In this document: piece after piece, positions 36,621-46,531 of the stretch
Numbering within the stretch: position 1 is the first letter of the stretch
Layout of the letters: each line of letters begins with the position of its first letter
From: a virus
DNA: 64,000 nt
Reading direction: 5' to 3' (one strand)
Virus record (IMG/VR): IMGVR_UViG_3300017731_002846
Coordinates: 32,001 to 96,000 of that record
Translations under genes and position numbers: made by a program
Notes under the pieces: generated by a model
Databases searched by the model: none
What the model was told of the DNA's origin: nothing
What the model saw: the letters and a program-made list of their open reading frames with translations, nothing else

Positions 36621-37662
36621 TGAAGAATTTATTTTTGTAAGAACTAGATGCTATCTCTTTCTGTTCGATTAATTCCAAAATTTCTTTTTGGTAAGAAGGT
36701 TGATCAAAGATGTAATCTTCTTCATCCAAATAAGACTTCCATTCAGGAAACTGATTACTAGACATATCCCCAAAATCATTTTCGAGAGGCGAATGTATTA
36801 TTATATTATCCTTATTGAAGTAATTCAAAAGTTTCAAGTAACACTTATATGCTCCAATCTTACCTCGGTTTTGATCTTTATCTTTGTCGTTGTTAAGCGA
36901 TAGTATAACTTTAGAGCAACCAGAACTAACCAAGAAGCATGTCATAGCAGAAGATATTGATGTACCAAATAAAACAAGAACGTTTTTTATACCATTTTGA
37001 TTAAGGTTCAATAAGTCACCTATGCTTTCGACTAAAATCACAGAGCCTGATTCGGAGATTGCTGATTGCACAGATTCTCCGCTGGGGTTTGGAGCATAAA
37101 AAGGATAAATCCATGATGATTTCTTCCCGACATGTTTCCATTTAGGGCGATTGTTTGGGCTGGGGGACATGTCGCGACCACTAAAACCGCAGATTGATCC
37201 CTCGGCATTATAAATAGGGAAGACAAATCTTTGATACATTGCTCCTTCTGTTGCTAAGCCTGAACTTAGAGCTTTCAATACAGATGAGTCAATTCCCCTG
37301 TCATTATAAAACTTATAGTGAGGGAGTAGCCGATCAAGCATTGAAGGTGGGTATGTTTTTTCCATAACTAATTTTGGTTTTTCAATAGTTTCAGTAGGGG
37401 TATTGGCGAAGTCATATCCTCCTAGGATTTTTTTAAGCTCACCTTTGTCATTCGTCTGTAGGGTAGCAGAAACCAGTGACTCGAGAGGTAAGTAAGAAGA
37501 ATTTTTAACAAAATCCACCCAAACACCCGAGTCTTTATAAACTTGAAGCGCGGTTGGGTTTTTACCTCCTCTGTATAAAGCACTTGTTCTCCAGTGATTA
37601 CCAAAATCAGAAAGCTTATAACCTAGATTCGTTAGAATATCTTTAATTTTATCAGCCGTCAT
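36613..37662 (-). CDS. DnaG-like primase (TOPRIM)
   Basis: RFVFPI, GFSGR, PKWK, VESIGD, GT, NND, NDFGD. Confidence 0.85.
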   Translation of the reverse strand: MTADKIKDILTNLGYKLSDFGNHWRTSALYRGGKNPTALQVYKDSGVWVDFVKNSSYLPLESLVSATLQTNDKGELKKILGGYDFANTPTETIEKPKLVMEKTYPPSMLDRLLPHYKFYNDRGIDSSVLKALSSGLATEGAMYQRFVFPIYNAEGSICGFSGRDMSPSPNNRPKWKHVGKKSSWIYPFYAPNPSGESVQSAISESGSVILVESIGDLLNLNQNGIKNVLVLFGTSISSAMTCFLVSSGCSKVILSLNNDKDKDQNRGKIGAYKCYLKLLNYFNKDNIIIHSPLENDFGDMSSNQFPEWKSYLDEEDYIFDQPSYQKEILELIEQKEIASSSYKNKFFNE

Positions 37663-39161
37663 AATTCAATAGATAAGTCTCTGTTGTTGTTGTCAGTTAA
37701 AGAAACATCTACTTGAGCATCAACCATGTCTTGCAAGTCTCCAACTTCAGTGATATCAAAATTTTCAAAATTCAAGTTAATGAAATTTCTTCTTAAGTCA
37801 GTTCCGTTTGGCATTCTGACCGGCTGAATTGCTCGATGGATGTTTTCCCCTAAGTGCCTATACTTGAAGCAAGTAAGCCTATGGGTTCCGTATTGATTGT
37901 CTTCTTCGGCCAGCTCATCCATTGTCTTTTGACGTAATGAAAATAAATGAGAACTAAACTGAGTAATGCGATCAGAAAGAGAAACAATGCTTTCATCCTC
38001 AACGATATTATCAGACGTACGATTATTGGTTATTCCAGAACGATTACTTTGGACACTTGTCATCATGGAAATTACAGGCTCGCCATCAAAAACGATATCT
38101 CTCTGAATCAACTTCTTGAATTTATCAACCATCTCTCCAACTATTTGCCACTCAGATTTATTGCCAGCTTTTTCAGCGGTTGTTTTAATGTAATCAAAAC
38201 TTAGAATCATTTTATTACCCCTTTTAATATTTCCATAGTAAAAATGCTTTACCACTTGAATCATTGAGTCAATAGGCATCCCTCCTACGTTTTGATAGTA
38301 AAACTTAAACCTCTTGATGATAGGCCAAACACTTCTGACCTTATTGACAATCTCCTCTCCGGCATGTCTCCATTGACCTGTCTCTAGTAAATGCATAGGC
38401 ACTTTAGATAAGGCCGCACACTGACGCATCATTAACTCTTCTTTACTCATTTCGCCGTTATCAAGGTGAAGCACGGGTATATCTTCTTCCTTGGAAACTT
38501 TTAGACAGAAGTCCATAACAAACTGTGTTTTACCCACACCGGTCCTAGCTACAAGTGTAGTGATATTTCCGGGACGCAATAAAGAACCATAAAGATTGTG
38601 CAGTCTTGAATGCGGGCCCTTGGGTCCAAATTCAGTTCGTGGGTTGTTTCCTCGAAATTCGATAACCTCTTCCATCTCAGAAAATATATTTTTAGGAGAG
38701 TTTTCTCCATTCTCATAAAGATTTATATTCTCAGCATAAATTGAATCAGCTTTATTGATGATATCCGTCAAGTTTTTTGACGAATCTATACTTTTCATTT
38801 CTTTAATTATGCCTTGTGCACTTTCTGAAATCTCCCGACGAACAGAAAACTTTTTAAGCTCTTTTGCAGACTCAATGACAGAAGACTGTGATGAACGCTT
38901 TAACTTTAAAGCCTTAATATAGTCCGAGACATTAATATTGTCTTCGAAGGTTATTCCGGAGAGCCTAATTCTTTCAGATAATATAACTTCGTCAACAAAA
39001 TTACCAGACTCATAGTCTGATTTGAGGAAACTATAGATTATTTGATTTGGCTCAAAGAAAAAATCGTTAGAGGATACAAATGCAGCAATTTCAACATACT
39101 TGTCGGGATAATTTAAGAGCCCAGCAAGCAATTGCTTTTCAACTTCAGCGGAGAATACCAT
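37659..39161 (-). CDS. dnaB: Replicative DNA helicase
   Basis: E..LL..L N-domain, ARTGVGKT, EMS, DYIK, Q.NR, KYRH. Confidence 0.93.
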   Translation of the reverse strand: MVFSAEVEKQLLAGLLNYPDKYVEIAAFVSSNDFFFEPNQIIYSFLKSDYESGNFVDEVILSERIRLSGITFEDNINVSDYIKALKLKRSSQSSVIESAKELKKFSVRREISESAQGIIKEMKSIDSSKNLTDIINKADSIYAENINLYENGENSPKNIFSEMEEVIEFRGNNPRTEFGPKGPHSRLHNLYGSLLRPGNITTLVARTGVGKTQFVMDFCLKVSKEEDIPVLHLDNGEMSKEELMMRQCAALSKVPMHLLETGQWRHAGEEIVNKVRSVWPIIKRFKFYYQNVGGMPIDSMIQVVKHFYYGNIKRGNKMILSFDYIKTTAEKAGNKSEWQIVGEMVDKFKKLIQRDIVFDGEPVISMMTSVQSNRSGITNNRTSDNIVEDESIVSLSDRITQFSSHLFSLRQKTMDELAEEDNQYGTHRLTCFKYRHLGENIHRAIQPVRMPNGTDLRRNFINLNFENFDITEVGDLQDMVDAQVDVSLTDNNNRDLSIEL

Positions 39162-39168
39162 GACGGTT

Positions 39169-39197
39169 ATATTAGCAGAAAAAAATTAATTAGTCAA
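39169..39197 (-). promoter_or_regulatory. Sigma70-type promoter, likely leaderless transcript
   Basis: TTGACT-17 nt-TAATAT, 7 nt before ATG 39161. Confidence 0.7.
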
Positions 39198-39468
39198 GAC
39201 CATTTTCTGGGTCATCATTCTCTGCGCCATACATATGATCAGCTTCTTCTAAGCTAATCAAGTATTTTTCGAGAGATTTTCTTAATCCCATTTCAATGAT
39301 TTGACTTTGACACCGAGTATAAACCATAGGATTTCCCTGTTGGTCTACATATGCTAGAACGAAACCTTTATTATGGTCTGCATCACCAGTCAGCTCGAAA
39401 AGTTTCTCTAGGATACTTTCCGGAAGCTGAAAGGAGTTAAAACTATCTGGGTTTATTTCTTCGCTCAC
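39190..39468 (-). CDS. Hypothetical acidic protein
   Basis: 92-aa ORF with a GTGTA motif upstream. Confidence 0.7.
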   Translation of the reverse strand: MSEEINPDSFNSFQLPESILEKLFELTGDADHNKGFVLAYVDQQGNPMVYTRCQSQIIEMGLRKSLEKYLISLEEADHMYGAENDDPENGLD

Positions 39469-39488
39469 TATATTTAGTTACACATGTG

Positions 39489-39899
39489 TTACAGGACAAT
39501 ACCAAAAGATTTAAACAAATCTTCTGACAAAACATCCTTGGGGTAAATTTCAACAAGCTTTATATTATTCAATTCGCAAAATTTTTGTTTGTCATTGTCC
39601 CTTCTTATTTGACTAAGGAAGGTAGACTTTGATTTTCCATGAAAAAATGGAGTATACTTTAAGTGCTGGCCTCCTTGGACTTCTATAGCTATGTTTTTAT
39701 TAGAGTTATAGAAATCAAAACTCATTTTAGTGCCAGCTATAGGGAACTCTTCAAATACGATATCCATATCCCAATAAGGCTGAATAAACTCTTTAACAGA
39801 GTACTGTAGCTTGCTTCGACTGGAAGCAGTCCATTTGATTAAGTATTTTTTAGGCTTCTTTACTCGTTTAGTTGAACCAACTAATGTTTTAAATATCAT
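39489..39899 (-). CDS. DUF559/Vsr-like PD-(D/E)XK endonuclease
   Basis: S.LQ, FDFY, AIEVQGGQH, RD..K..FC..N.I.LVEI. Confidence 0.8.
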   Translation of the reverse strand: MIFKTLVGSTKRVKKPKKYLIKWTASSRSKLQYSVKEFIQPYWDMDIVFEEFPIAGTKMSFDFYNSNKNIAIEVQGGQHLKYTPFFHGKSKSTFLSQIRRDNDKQKFCELNNIKLVEIYPKDVLSEDLFKSFGIVL

Positions 39900-41024
39900 T
39901 TAATTATTTTCTTGGTAAATAAGTTCTTTAAAATGTTTTATTAAGAATGATGTTAAGTCAGGTGAGTCTTCAAGTAAAGAATTTAATTTAGGCTCACCTT
40001 GAATCTTCTCTGGAAACTCCAACTTCTCCTTGGCAAGTAAATCTATAAAGTCTTGCTCAACAGAAATCCATGCACCTTTTTTATTTATATAACCCCAAAG
40101 ATATAGCATATCAATAACTTCTCTTTCAATCCATATAGATGTCCCATTTATTCTTCCATACTTGATTGGGTATTCCAAAGTATAATTGGTCTTTTCGTTT
40201 GGAGATTTTTTAACTGTAATTTTAGCTATATGACCTATGATTTTATTTTTCTGTTGATCGATAGGCTGAGTTTGGTTTTCAAGTATTAGATCCTTCTTAA
40301 ACCTGGGCTCGAACTCAAGAATGTAGTTGGCGAAGTGAAGTAAAGCATTACCCCCTGTAGCAGTAGTCTGCCTGACTGGAGCCTTACTATAAGGGTCGAG
40401 TTTGATGTCGGCACGAACTTGAGATATAAATATAGCCATATGACCCCTCTTGGCTAAAGCGATACTCATCTTTTGCATAAATTTAGCACCAAGAAGTGCT
40501 CCGCCTGCAACCTTATGAGAATCTTCAAAGCCCTTTTTTAGGTCATCTTTCATGATCAAGCCGTCAAGAGAGTCTAGGATAAAGCAATACTTTGTGCCCT
40601 CGGGATTTTTAGCCACCAAGATCCTCATTAAGTCAAGTACTGTCTCGTAAATATTACAGTCAAAAACAAAGCATTTGCCGGCATCCCAGCCATCTTCTTT
40701 ATCTACAAAGTCAATACCGCACCGTTTTCGCATCTCTTTTGAAAGCCTTCCTTCGGCCTTAATGTAGATGCCTTTAGAGTTAGGCATTTGTAGGAAATTT
40801 TTCATAACCTCGAGAGCTTCAGAGCTTTTACCACCCTCATTCATACCAGTGAACCTATGTAGGCCGGGGCCTAAACCGCCATTAAGCTCAAAGTCAACCT
40901 TTAAGCTTCCACAAGATACTTTGTAATCAATTTCATCTTCGAAATTATAATGATGCTCTTCGTTTTGCTTTAAGAACGATGTTAATGCCTGCTTAGTCTC
41001 TGCAACTTCTTTTGTTTTACTCAT
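39900..41024 (-). CDS. recA: RecA/UvsX-like recombinase
   Basis: GSL..D..L.GG, G.NEGGKS, ILDS, FISQVR, TGGNAL, G.I.K.GAW. Confidence 0.85.
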   Translation of the reverse strand: MSKTKEVAETKQALTSFLKQNEEHHYNFEDEIDYKVSCGSLKVDFELNGGLGPGLHRFTGMNEGGKSSEALEVMKNFLQMPNSKGIYIKAEGRLSKEMRKRCGIDFVDKEDGWDAGKCFVFDCNIYETVLDLMRILVAKNPEGTKYCFILDSLDGLIMKDDLKKGFEDSHKVAGGALLGAKFMQKMSIALAKRGHMAIFISQVRADIKLDPYSKAPVRQTTATGGNALLHFANYILEFEPRFKKDLILENQTQPIDQQKNKIIGHIAKITVKKSPNEKTNYTLEYPIKYGRINGTSIWIEREVIDMLYLWGYINKKGAWISVEQDFIDLLAKEKLEFPEKIQGEPKLNSLLEDSPDLTSFLIKHFKELIYQENN

Positions 41025-41353
41025 GATAAAAAATCTCTCAATGTCTTCGGTTTTTTGTCTATATTAAAATCTTCTCCGTATTTTTCTCCCAATTTAATTT
41101 CTTTTTTAGTAGGGATATTATACTTAAATAGATTGTATCTTCTTTTTAATTCGTTTTGGTAAAAACCAGAACGGAATAGAATCATACTATCAAGTTTCTG
41201 AGGAAAAGTCAAGCCTTTCCAGAATTTAGATTCAGGATAAAGCTCTAATAAAATATTAAGAGTCTTAATTTCTCTGCCCCAAAATAAACGTTTTTGCTTG
41301 TCTGGAACATTAAGTAATTTCTCGATAACTTTTTTCTTTTCAGTATGAGTCAC
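41021..41353 (-). CDS. Hypothetical basic protein
   Basis: First gene of the recA unit; GTG start 6 nt after a -10 box. Confidence 0.7.
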   Translation of the reverse strand: MTHTEKKKVIEKLLNVPDKQKRLFWGREIKTLNILLELYPESKFWKGLTFPQKLDSMILFRSGFYQNELKRRYNLFKYNIPTKKEIKLGEKYGEDFNIDKKPKTLRDFLS

Positions 41354-41359
41354 TTAACC

Positions 41360-41388
41360 ATAATAGCATTCAGTGACAAATTAGTCAA
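41360..41388 (-). promoter_or_regulatory. Sigma70-type promoter, likely leaderless transcript
   Basis: TTGACT-17 nt-TATTAT. Confidence 0.7.
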
Positions 41389-41395
41389 GGTAAAA

Positions 41396-41641
41396 TTAAA
41401 AATCTTCCTCAGGGAACCAAGAAGGAGAAGACTCCTCGACTGTATAAATAGAGTCACCTAATACATCAAGATAAGGAACAATATATTTCCCGTCAGTGAT
41501 TCGAGCTTGCTCGAGGGCCCAGGATGTAGTTGTTAAGGTATATTCTTCGGGGGCATCGTTTAAACTTGATATATATGCATTATGGCATGCATCTAGGCAA
41601 GCAGATGAGTCTTCTTCAGAGTCTAGAATGTAATATTTCAT
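41396..41641 (-). CDS. Small acidic protein downstream of a virion protein
   Basis: MKYYILDSEE..., starting at an ATGA overlap at 41641. Confidence 0.65.
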   Translation of the reverse strand: MKYYILDSEEDSSACLDACHNAYISSLNDAPEEYTLTTTSWALEQARITDGKYIVPYLDVLGDSIYTVEESSPSWFPEEDF

Positions 41642-43173
41642 ACGGCGAGAGGCTGATCTGTTTGATATACATGCCCGACTGGAAGTGTTTGACCCCATTT
41701 ATATGCCAAGTAGCCTTCTGTTTTTTTACGTAAAGAATCGCTGACAACAATATTATAATTAATAAATTCCCCTAATTGGAAATTAGTCCTGTTGCCCAAT
41801 CTAAAGGATGCTGTGGCTGACGGCTCTATCGTTTTGTTGGTACCGGTTCCTTGTGTAACATCGACCCCGTTTTTATAGTGTTTCCTTAGTGTTCTTGATG
41901 CACTATTTTGGAAATTAATAATATATTCATCGTTTGCAGAGACTGAGGGACCAAACGAACGGCCCGTTGCATCGTTTTCATTAATATCAATATAGAAAAC
42001 TCCATTTTCCCAAGGGGTATGTGCATTAAAATAAGATGTACTGCCCTTTATGGAATCGGTTAAAGAGAAACCATTACTTCTTGTCAAGGTTAATGTTTTT
42101 ACTACACAAAAAATAGACATTTCATTTATTGAAGATGTGTTGCCAAAAATGTTGAAGCCTGATGATGTCCCTAAGAAAGAATTGTTTGTGCTGGCAGCCT
42201 GATTCCATGTAAATTCAACTGTATCAAGCCCGTTAATAGCAGAAGAAGCCACGGTTGGTTGCAGTGAAGCTGTTGATTGAGTGAAATTAGAGTTTGAGCC
42301 TAGTGTGCCTAAATTTTTCCAAGTAGAAACAAGAGACGAACTCTGTATGATCTTGGATGTATCAGAGCTGTCAGATGCATCAAACCATGAAGCCGTAGAA
42401 ACCTCACTTGGTGTCCATGCCTTGGTTGTAATAGACTCGGCATTTGACCAATCAGTAACTGTTGCGCCAGCTTCTGCTCTGGCACGATAGTAATATGTGG
42501 TAATTGAATCCGGGGCATGCTCAAAGACTATGTCATTGGTAGCATTAGGAAGTTCTGTGAGAGTATTGATTATATTTGCAAAATCAGAAGATTTTGAAAC
42601 TTGCAATCGATACAAGCTGGCAGACTCCGTGTAAGGAACGCTAATTAAGATCTTAAGCTTATCATCTTGGTTGTCTTGGGCTGATATAATAGGCGCGGCG
42701 ACTATGCTGTAATTCGCAGTGATGGTAACATTACCCGCGCCAACAGTAAAAGTTGTGTTGGCTGAAGTGGTACTGCCAATTTCGCCAGGGCCGACAACAG
42801 CCCAGGAATCAAATTGATAAAGATCATTTGGGTTTGCAGTAATATTAATAGTTGTGCCGATCTCTATATCTCCGCCTCCCGTTTCAGCTCCATTATTACC
42901 GTTAACCGTAACAGTAAATGTCTGAATTCCAGATTCAAGAATCGGACGAAACCCAGAATCATAAGGGTCTGTAATTAAATACTCAAGCCCATAATTATAT
43001 AACTTGCGGAAAAGTTCTCTACCCGTATGATTAATGTAATAGCTCTCCTCGGAGGGTTGCTCGAATAATACTGTAGCGATTCGAGACTGAAACTCAGGAA
43101 AGCGAGAGTTCAACTCACTGGGAGTTTCAACGGAATGAATTTCTTGCAATAATTTTGGTAATGTGTCGGACAT
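41638..43173 (-). CDS. Virion-type protein with InlB B-repeat, FN3-like and LamG-like domains
   Basis: I.ITA.P...Y.F..W; Y.LQVS..SDF...TYYYRARA; WTPS...WFDASD...EGYLAYKWG. Likely start ATG 43173. Confidence 0.75.
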   Translation of the reverse strand: MSDTLPKLLQEIHSVETPSELNSRFPEFQSRIATVLFEQPSEESYYINHTGRELFRKLYNYGLEYLITDPYDSGFRPILESGIQTFTVTVNGNNGAETGGGDIEIGTTINITANPNDLYQFDSWAVVGPGEIGSTTSANTTFTVGAGNVTITANYSIVAAPIISAQDNQDDKLKILISVPYTESASLYRLQVSKSSDFANIINTLTELPNATNDIVFEHAPDSITTYYYRARAEAGATVTDWSNAESITTKAWTPSEVSTASWFDASDSSDTSKIIQSSSLVSTWKNLGTLGSNSNFTQSTASLQPTVASSAINGLDTVEFTWNQAASTNNSFLGTSSGFNIFGNTSSINEMSIFCVVKTLTLTRSNGFSLTDSIKGSTSYFNAHTPWENGVFYIDINENDATGRSFGPSVSANDEYIINFQNSASRTLRKHYKNGVDVTQGTGTNKTIEPSATASFRLGNRTNFQLGEFINYNIVVSDSLRKKTEGYLAYKWGQTLPVGHVYQTDQPLAV

Positions 43174-43189
43174 GCATATATAATATACA

Positions 43190-43624
43190 CTATCTTCTCT
43201 TACTTGGGATGGCATAAAACCCTACAACCATAAAACATAAATCAATAAACGAAGAAAGCATGAGCCCGCCCGTTAACTTAACCACCTCCCAGTCTTTACC
43301 CCCGAAAATCCAACTAAAAAACCCCCACTTTGAGCTATCTCCCCTTGGTACGATAATTTCATAAGAAATATCAGGGTTGTGGGCATAATAAATCATGAGG
43401 TAACACATAGTAAAAGTAATAGACATGAATAGCATGCGGCGAGTAATCTTAACAAATGGATCACTGGCCTGCCGAGATTGATTATCTAGAATCGCCTTCA
43501 TCATTTCAGTATCTCTAGCGGCCAGCATCATTTGATCTTGCCTTTTTTGCTCCAGCCAGGAATTAATTAAATTGCAGGCCAGCTTAATACCAGCCCCTAA
43601 GATTGTGTTGAAGATTGGACCCAT
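43190..43624 (-). CDS. Membrane protein, possible holin
   Basis: Amphipathic N-terminus, DPFV..TRR, two TM segments, basic C-terminus. Confidence 0.5.
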   Translation of the reverse strand: MGPIFNTILGAGIKLACNLINSWLEQKRQDQMMLAARDTEMMKAILDNQSRQASDPFVKITRRMLFMSITFTMCYLMIYYAHNPDISYEIIVPRGDSSKWGFFSWIFGGKDWEVVKLTGGLMLSSFIDLCFMVVGFYAIPSKRR

Positions 43625-43815
43625 TAATCAGGTAAGTTATCGTAGTCAGCCTTACTACAAAACCTGGTCAACTTGGTTCCTTCATCAACAGCCTTAAGGC
43701 AGTACCTGATAGAAAGCTTACCTGTTTTGGTAGTTTTTTCGATAGTATGCTTGGTTACGTCTGACTCAGAGATTTGAACCTTTTCTTTTTTCTTTACATT
43801 ATAAAACTCAATCAT
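43624..43815 (-). CDS. Small basic protein, DUF5679/CC1-like
   Basis: MIEFYNVKKKEKV...G......KA...GTKLTRF. Likely start ATG 43815. Confidence 0.55.
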   Translation of the reverse strand: MIEFYNVKKKEKVQISESDVTKHTIEKTTKTGKLSIRYCLKAVDEGTKLTRFCSKADYDNLPD

Positions 43816-43829
43816 AGTGATATGTACAC

Positions 43830-44822
43830 TTAATAGCCTTCGGACTCGCCACAATTTTGCATTTGATCATAAATCCAAGAGTAAGTTTTCTCGAGGCCAT
43901 CTTCAAGTGTGATGGATGGCGCCCACCCAAGAACTTCTTTAATCATGTTGTTGTCACTATTGCGACCACGAACCCCTTGGGGGGCATCTAAATTATAATT
44001 TCTTTTTAACTTAATCCCTCCAATTCCTTCAACAATATCAACAAGCTGATTAATTGATACCATGCGATCACTACCAAGGTTTAATGGGCGAGTGTCGCCT
44101 TTCGCCCACATTAACTCCATACCAGTAATGCAATCATCGATGAACATAAAAGAGCGGGTTTGTTCGCCGTCGCCCCAGATCTCGATTTCATGTTTGCCGC
44201 TCATTTTAGCCTCAATAACCTTGCGGCATATTGCAGCAGGCGCTTTTTCACGACCACCACGCCATGTTCCGAACGGCCCGTAAACATTATGATAACGGCA
44301 GGTACGAGAGTCGATACCAAAATCTTTTCCGTAATAATGAGTAATAAGCTCGCTGAATAATTTTTCCCAACCATACCCATCATCTGGATTTGCTGGAAAC
44401 ACATCAGACTCTTTGAGAGCTTGAGAAGATTGATCTTTAATCTCAGACTGAATAGAAGCTGGATAAACACAAGCTGTAGAACTATAAAGAACTTCCTTTA
44501 CACCATTGTCTCGTGCGGCCATCATCATGTGAGTTTGAATCAAAACATTCTCCATGCAAAGAGCTTGATTGTTTTCAACAAAACCCATGCCGCCCATATT
44601 ACAGGCAAGATTGTAGATTCGATCAACCCCTTTACTTAATTTGTAACAGTGACCCTTCTCCTGCAGATTGCAATCAGCATGATTTTCGGCGGCATTAAAT
44701 GTCTGATACCACATGTTGGCCGGCTTGATATCTGCCGCAACAACTTCATGGCCTTGAGCTAATAAATCTTTAACTAAATAACCGGCAATAAAACCGCCTG
44801 CTCCTCCAACTAGTATTTTCAT
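43830..44822 (-). CDS. NAD-dependent epimerase, GDP-mannose 3,5-epimerase-like
   Basis: GAGGFIA, NLACNMGGMGF, SSTACVYP, YGWEK, GGREKAPAA.CRK, GVRGRNSDN. Confidence 0.93.
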   Translation of the reverse strand: MKILVGGAGGFIAGYLVKDLLAQGHEVVAADIKPANMWYQTFNAAENHADCNLQEKGHCYKLSKGVDRIYNLACNMGGMGFVENNQALCMENVLIQTHMMMAARDNGVKEVLYSSTACVYPASIQSEIKDQSSQALKESDVFPANPDDGYGWEKLFSELITHYYGKDFGIDSRTCRYHNVYGPFGTWRGGREKAPAAICRKVIEAKMSGKHEIEIWGDGEQTRSFMFIDDCITGMELMWAKGDTRPLNLGSDRMVSINQLVDIVEGIGGIKLKRNYNLDAPQGVRGRNSDNNMIKEVLGWAPSITLEDGLEKTYSWIYDQMQNCGESEGY

Positions 44823-45397
44823 TTTTTTTCTAAGATGTATTGATATTTAAGAGTTTGAAAGTTTGATATTTCATCAAAATGATGTTCAAGAAAAGCATCG
44901 ATAGCTGGAATAATTCCAAAATCTAATAACCTAATCTGAGCATCATTATCTTGATATGCATTCCCGCATAAATATCCTCCAGGTTTTAATTTATGCCACC
45001 AGGTTTCCAGATCTTGTTGTATGAAAGAAAAAGAGTGATTCGCATCTAGGTATATCCAGTCTAGCGAATTGTCGTCAAAATTATCAAGGGCATCGATGGA
45101 GTGTTTCTGAATAACATCAACCCTAGAGTCAGTAGAAAATCTGTCAATAACACTTCGCTTGATTTCATCCATATCAGACTGAGGGATGGCATGCCATCTT
45201 GCAGGTATATCGATAATGCTAACCCATGGATCTATTAAATGAAGTTCAGACGGCTCCATTTTTAATATAAATTCAGAAAAATCGCCTTTAAAAACACCAA
45301 TTTCAGCACACCTGTATCCAGGTTTTATCTTCTCTAACAAAAAGAGTCTCGAATCATCTAATTCGAATTCATAAGGCAGTGGTAATTGCTTATCCAT
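44819..45397 (-). CDS. Class I SAM methyltransferase (Methyltransf_24-like)
   Basis: AEIGVFKG, IDPW, DWIYLDANH, KLKPGG. Confidence 0.9.
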   Translation of the reverse strand: MDKQLPLPYEFELDDSRLFLLEKIKPGYRCAEIGVFKGDFSEFILKMEPSELHLIDPWVSIIDIPARWHAIPQSDMDEIKRSVIDRFSTDSRVDVIQKHSIDALDNFDDNSLDWIYLDANHSFSFIQQDLETWWHKLKPGGYLCGNAYQDNDAQIRLLDFGIIPAIDAFLEHHFDEISNFQTLKYQYILEKK

Positions 45398-45402
45398 GAT
45401 AT

Positions 45403-45990
45403 TTAAAATTTATAATTATATTTTTTAATGTCTTCTTGATATATATTATACACAACCCTCTTGCTATCTTCTATATATAATTGTCTATAATTTAAATTAT
45501 TTGTTGAGTTGACTTTACGAAGATTAGCGTTGGGCAATTTAAGCTTTGCCAAGATGAATGCATAATCTTGTTGAATGTTTTCAAATTTACCAAGAAAGTC
45601 AATGCTTGAGTCGAGGAAATAATTATAGGGTTTGAAGTGAATGCCAGACTCAAAAGAACCTTCTTCTCTTTTCATCAACTTCATAAAATCAGGTATATGA
45701 TTCACAAATTCATTAAAATCCATTTCATTAGCGGCATCCGATATTATACTGTTTCTTTTGTACCAACGATGGCCTTGTTTTAATTTCTGGAAATATTTAT
45801 ATGCAGAAGCTACTCTATCGTATGGGTTTCTTACAAAAGTAAAAGAAAAATAATCTTTATGTTCAGAATGATGGGATGCTGGCGCATGTCCAGAGAAACC
45901 TAATGATTCCAGTTTTAATTGCTGGTTTATTGAGCTGCCAGCACATTTTGGGATGTGCACAAAAATGCACTTCAAAGAATGAGAAATCAC
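45403..45990 (-). CDS. Sulfotransferase, Sulfotransfer_2 family
   Basis: FVHIPKCAGSS, FVRNPYDRVAS, GKFEN. Confidence 0.92.
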   Translation of the reverse strand: MISHSLKCIFVHIPKCAGSSINQQLKLESLGFSGHAPASHHSEHKDYFSFTFVRNPYDRVASAYKYFQKLKQGHRWYKRNSIISDAANEMDFNEFVNHIPDFMKLMKREEGSFESGIHFKPYNYFLDSSIDFLGKFENIQQDYAFILAKLKLPNANLRKVNSTNNLNYRQLYIEDSKRVVYNIYQEDIKKYNYKF

Positions 45991-46529
45991 TTTTTTTGAA
46001 AAACGAATTGGTCCTTAATTAATTCCGAATGAGAAATCTCGGATTCTTTTTCCTCCCTAAACTCATCAACCGCCTGAACCACTCCAAATTTTAATTGCTC
46101 TACTTGATATTTGCCATCAATGTAATCATCTCCGCATAAGTATCCGCCACTTTTTAGTTTGGGCCACCATCCATTTAAGTCTTCTTTTACAAATTCGTAG
46201 CTATGGTTGCCGTCAATGTATATCCAGTCTGCAGAACCATCTTTAATATCTGACATGGCATCGGCAGAAAATTTACGGATCAATTGGACTTTATTATTAA
46301 AAAAGAAACGACGACGAACCTTATTATGGATATCGTCAAGTATTTTTTGGTCAGTGTTATGAAGCCTGCCTTCTACATCATTAATTGACTTCCAGGGGTC
46401 AATAAGATAAAGCCTCGATATTGGTAGTTGAGTTATCTGGCGAGAGAGATCCCCCTGCCAAACTCCAACTTCTATGCAGACAGCATCGTGCTTTATAAAC
46501 TCTAAAGTAGCATTGTTACCTAAACTCAT
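45987..46529 (-). CDS. Class I SAM methyltransferase (Methyltransf_24-like)
   Basis: EVGVWQG, IDPW, DWIYIDGNHSY, GDDY. Confidence 0.9.
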   Translation of the reverse strand: MSLGNNATLEFIKHDAVCIEVGVWQGDLSRQITQLPISRLYLIDPWKSINDVEGRLHNTDQKILDDIHNKVRRRFFFNNKVQLIRKFSADAMSDIKDGSADWIYIDGNHSYEFVKEDLNGWWPKLKSGGYLCGDDYIDGKYQVEQLKFGVVQAVDEFREEKESEISHSELIKDQFVFQKK

Positions 46530-46531
46530 AA

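Noticed and set aside
26078-41024. Interpretation as a cellular chromosome because of dnaE, dnaB, recA, clpC and ssrA
   Set aside because: The homologues are divergent and clustered with tail fibres, S74 chaperone and dNMP kinase; no ribosomal or other housekeeping operons are present. Phage origin is not formally proven without capsid or terminase genes.
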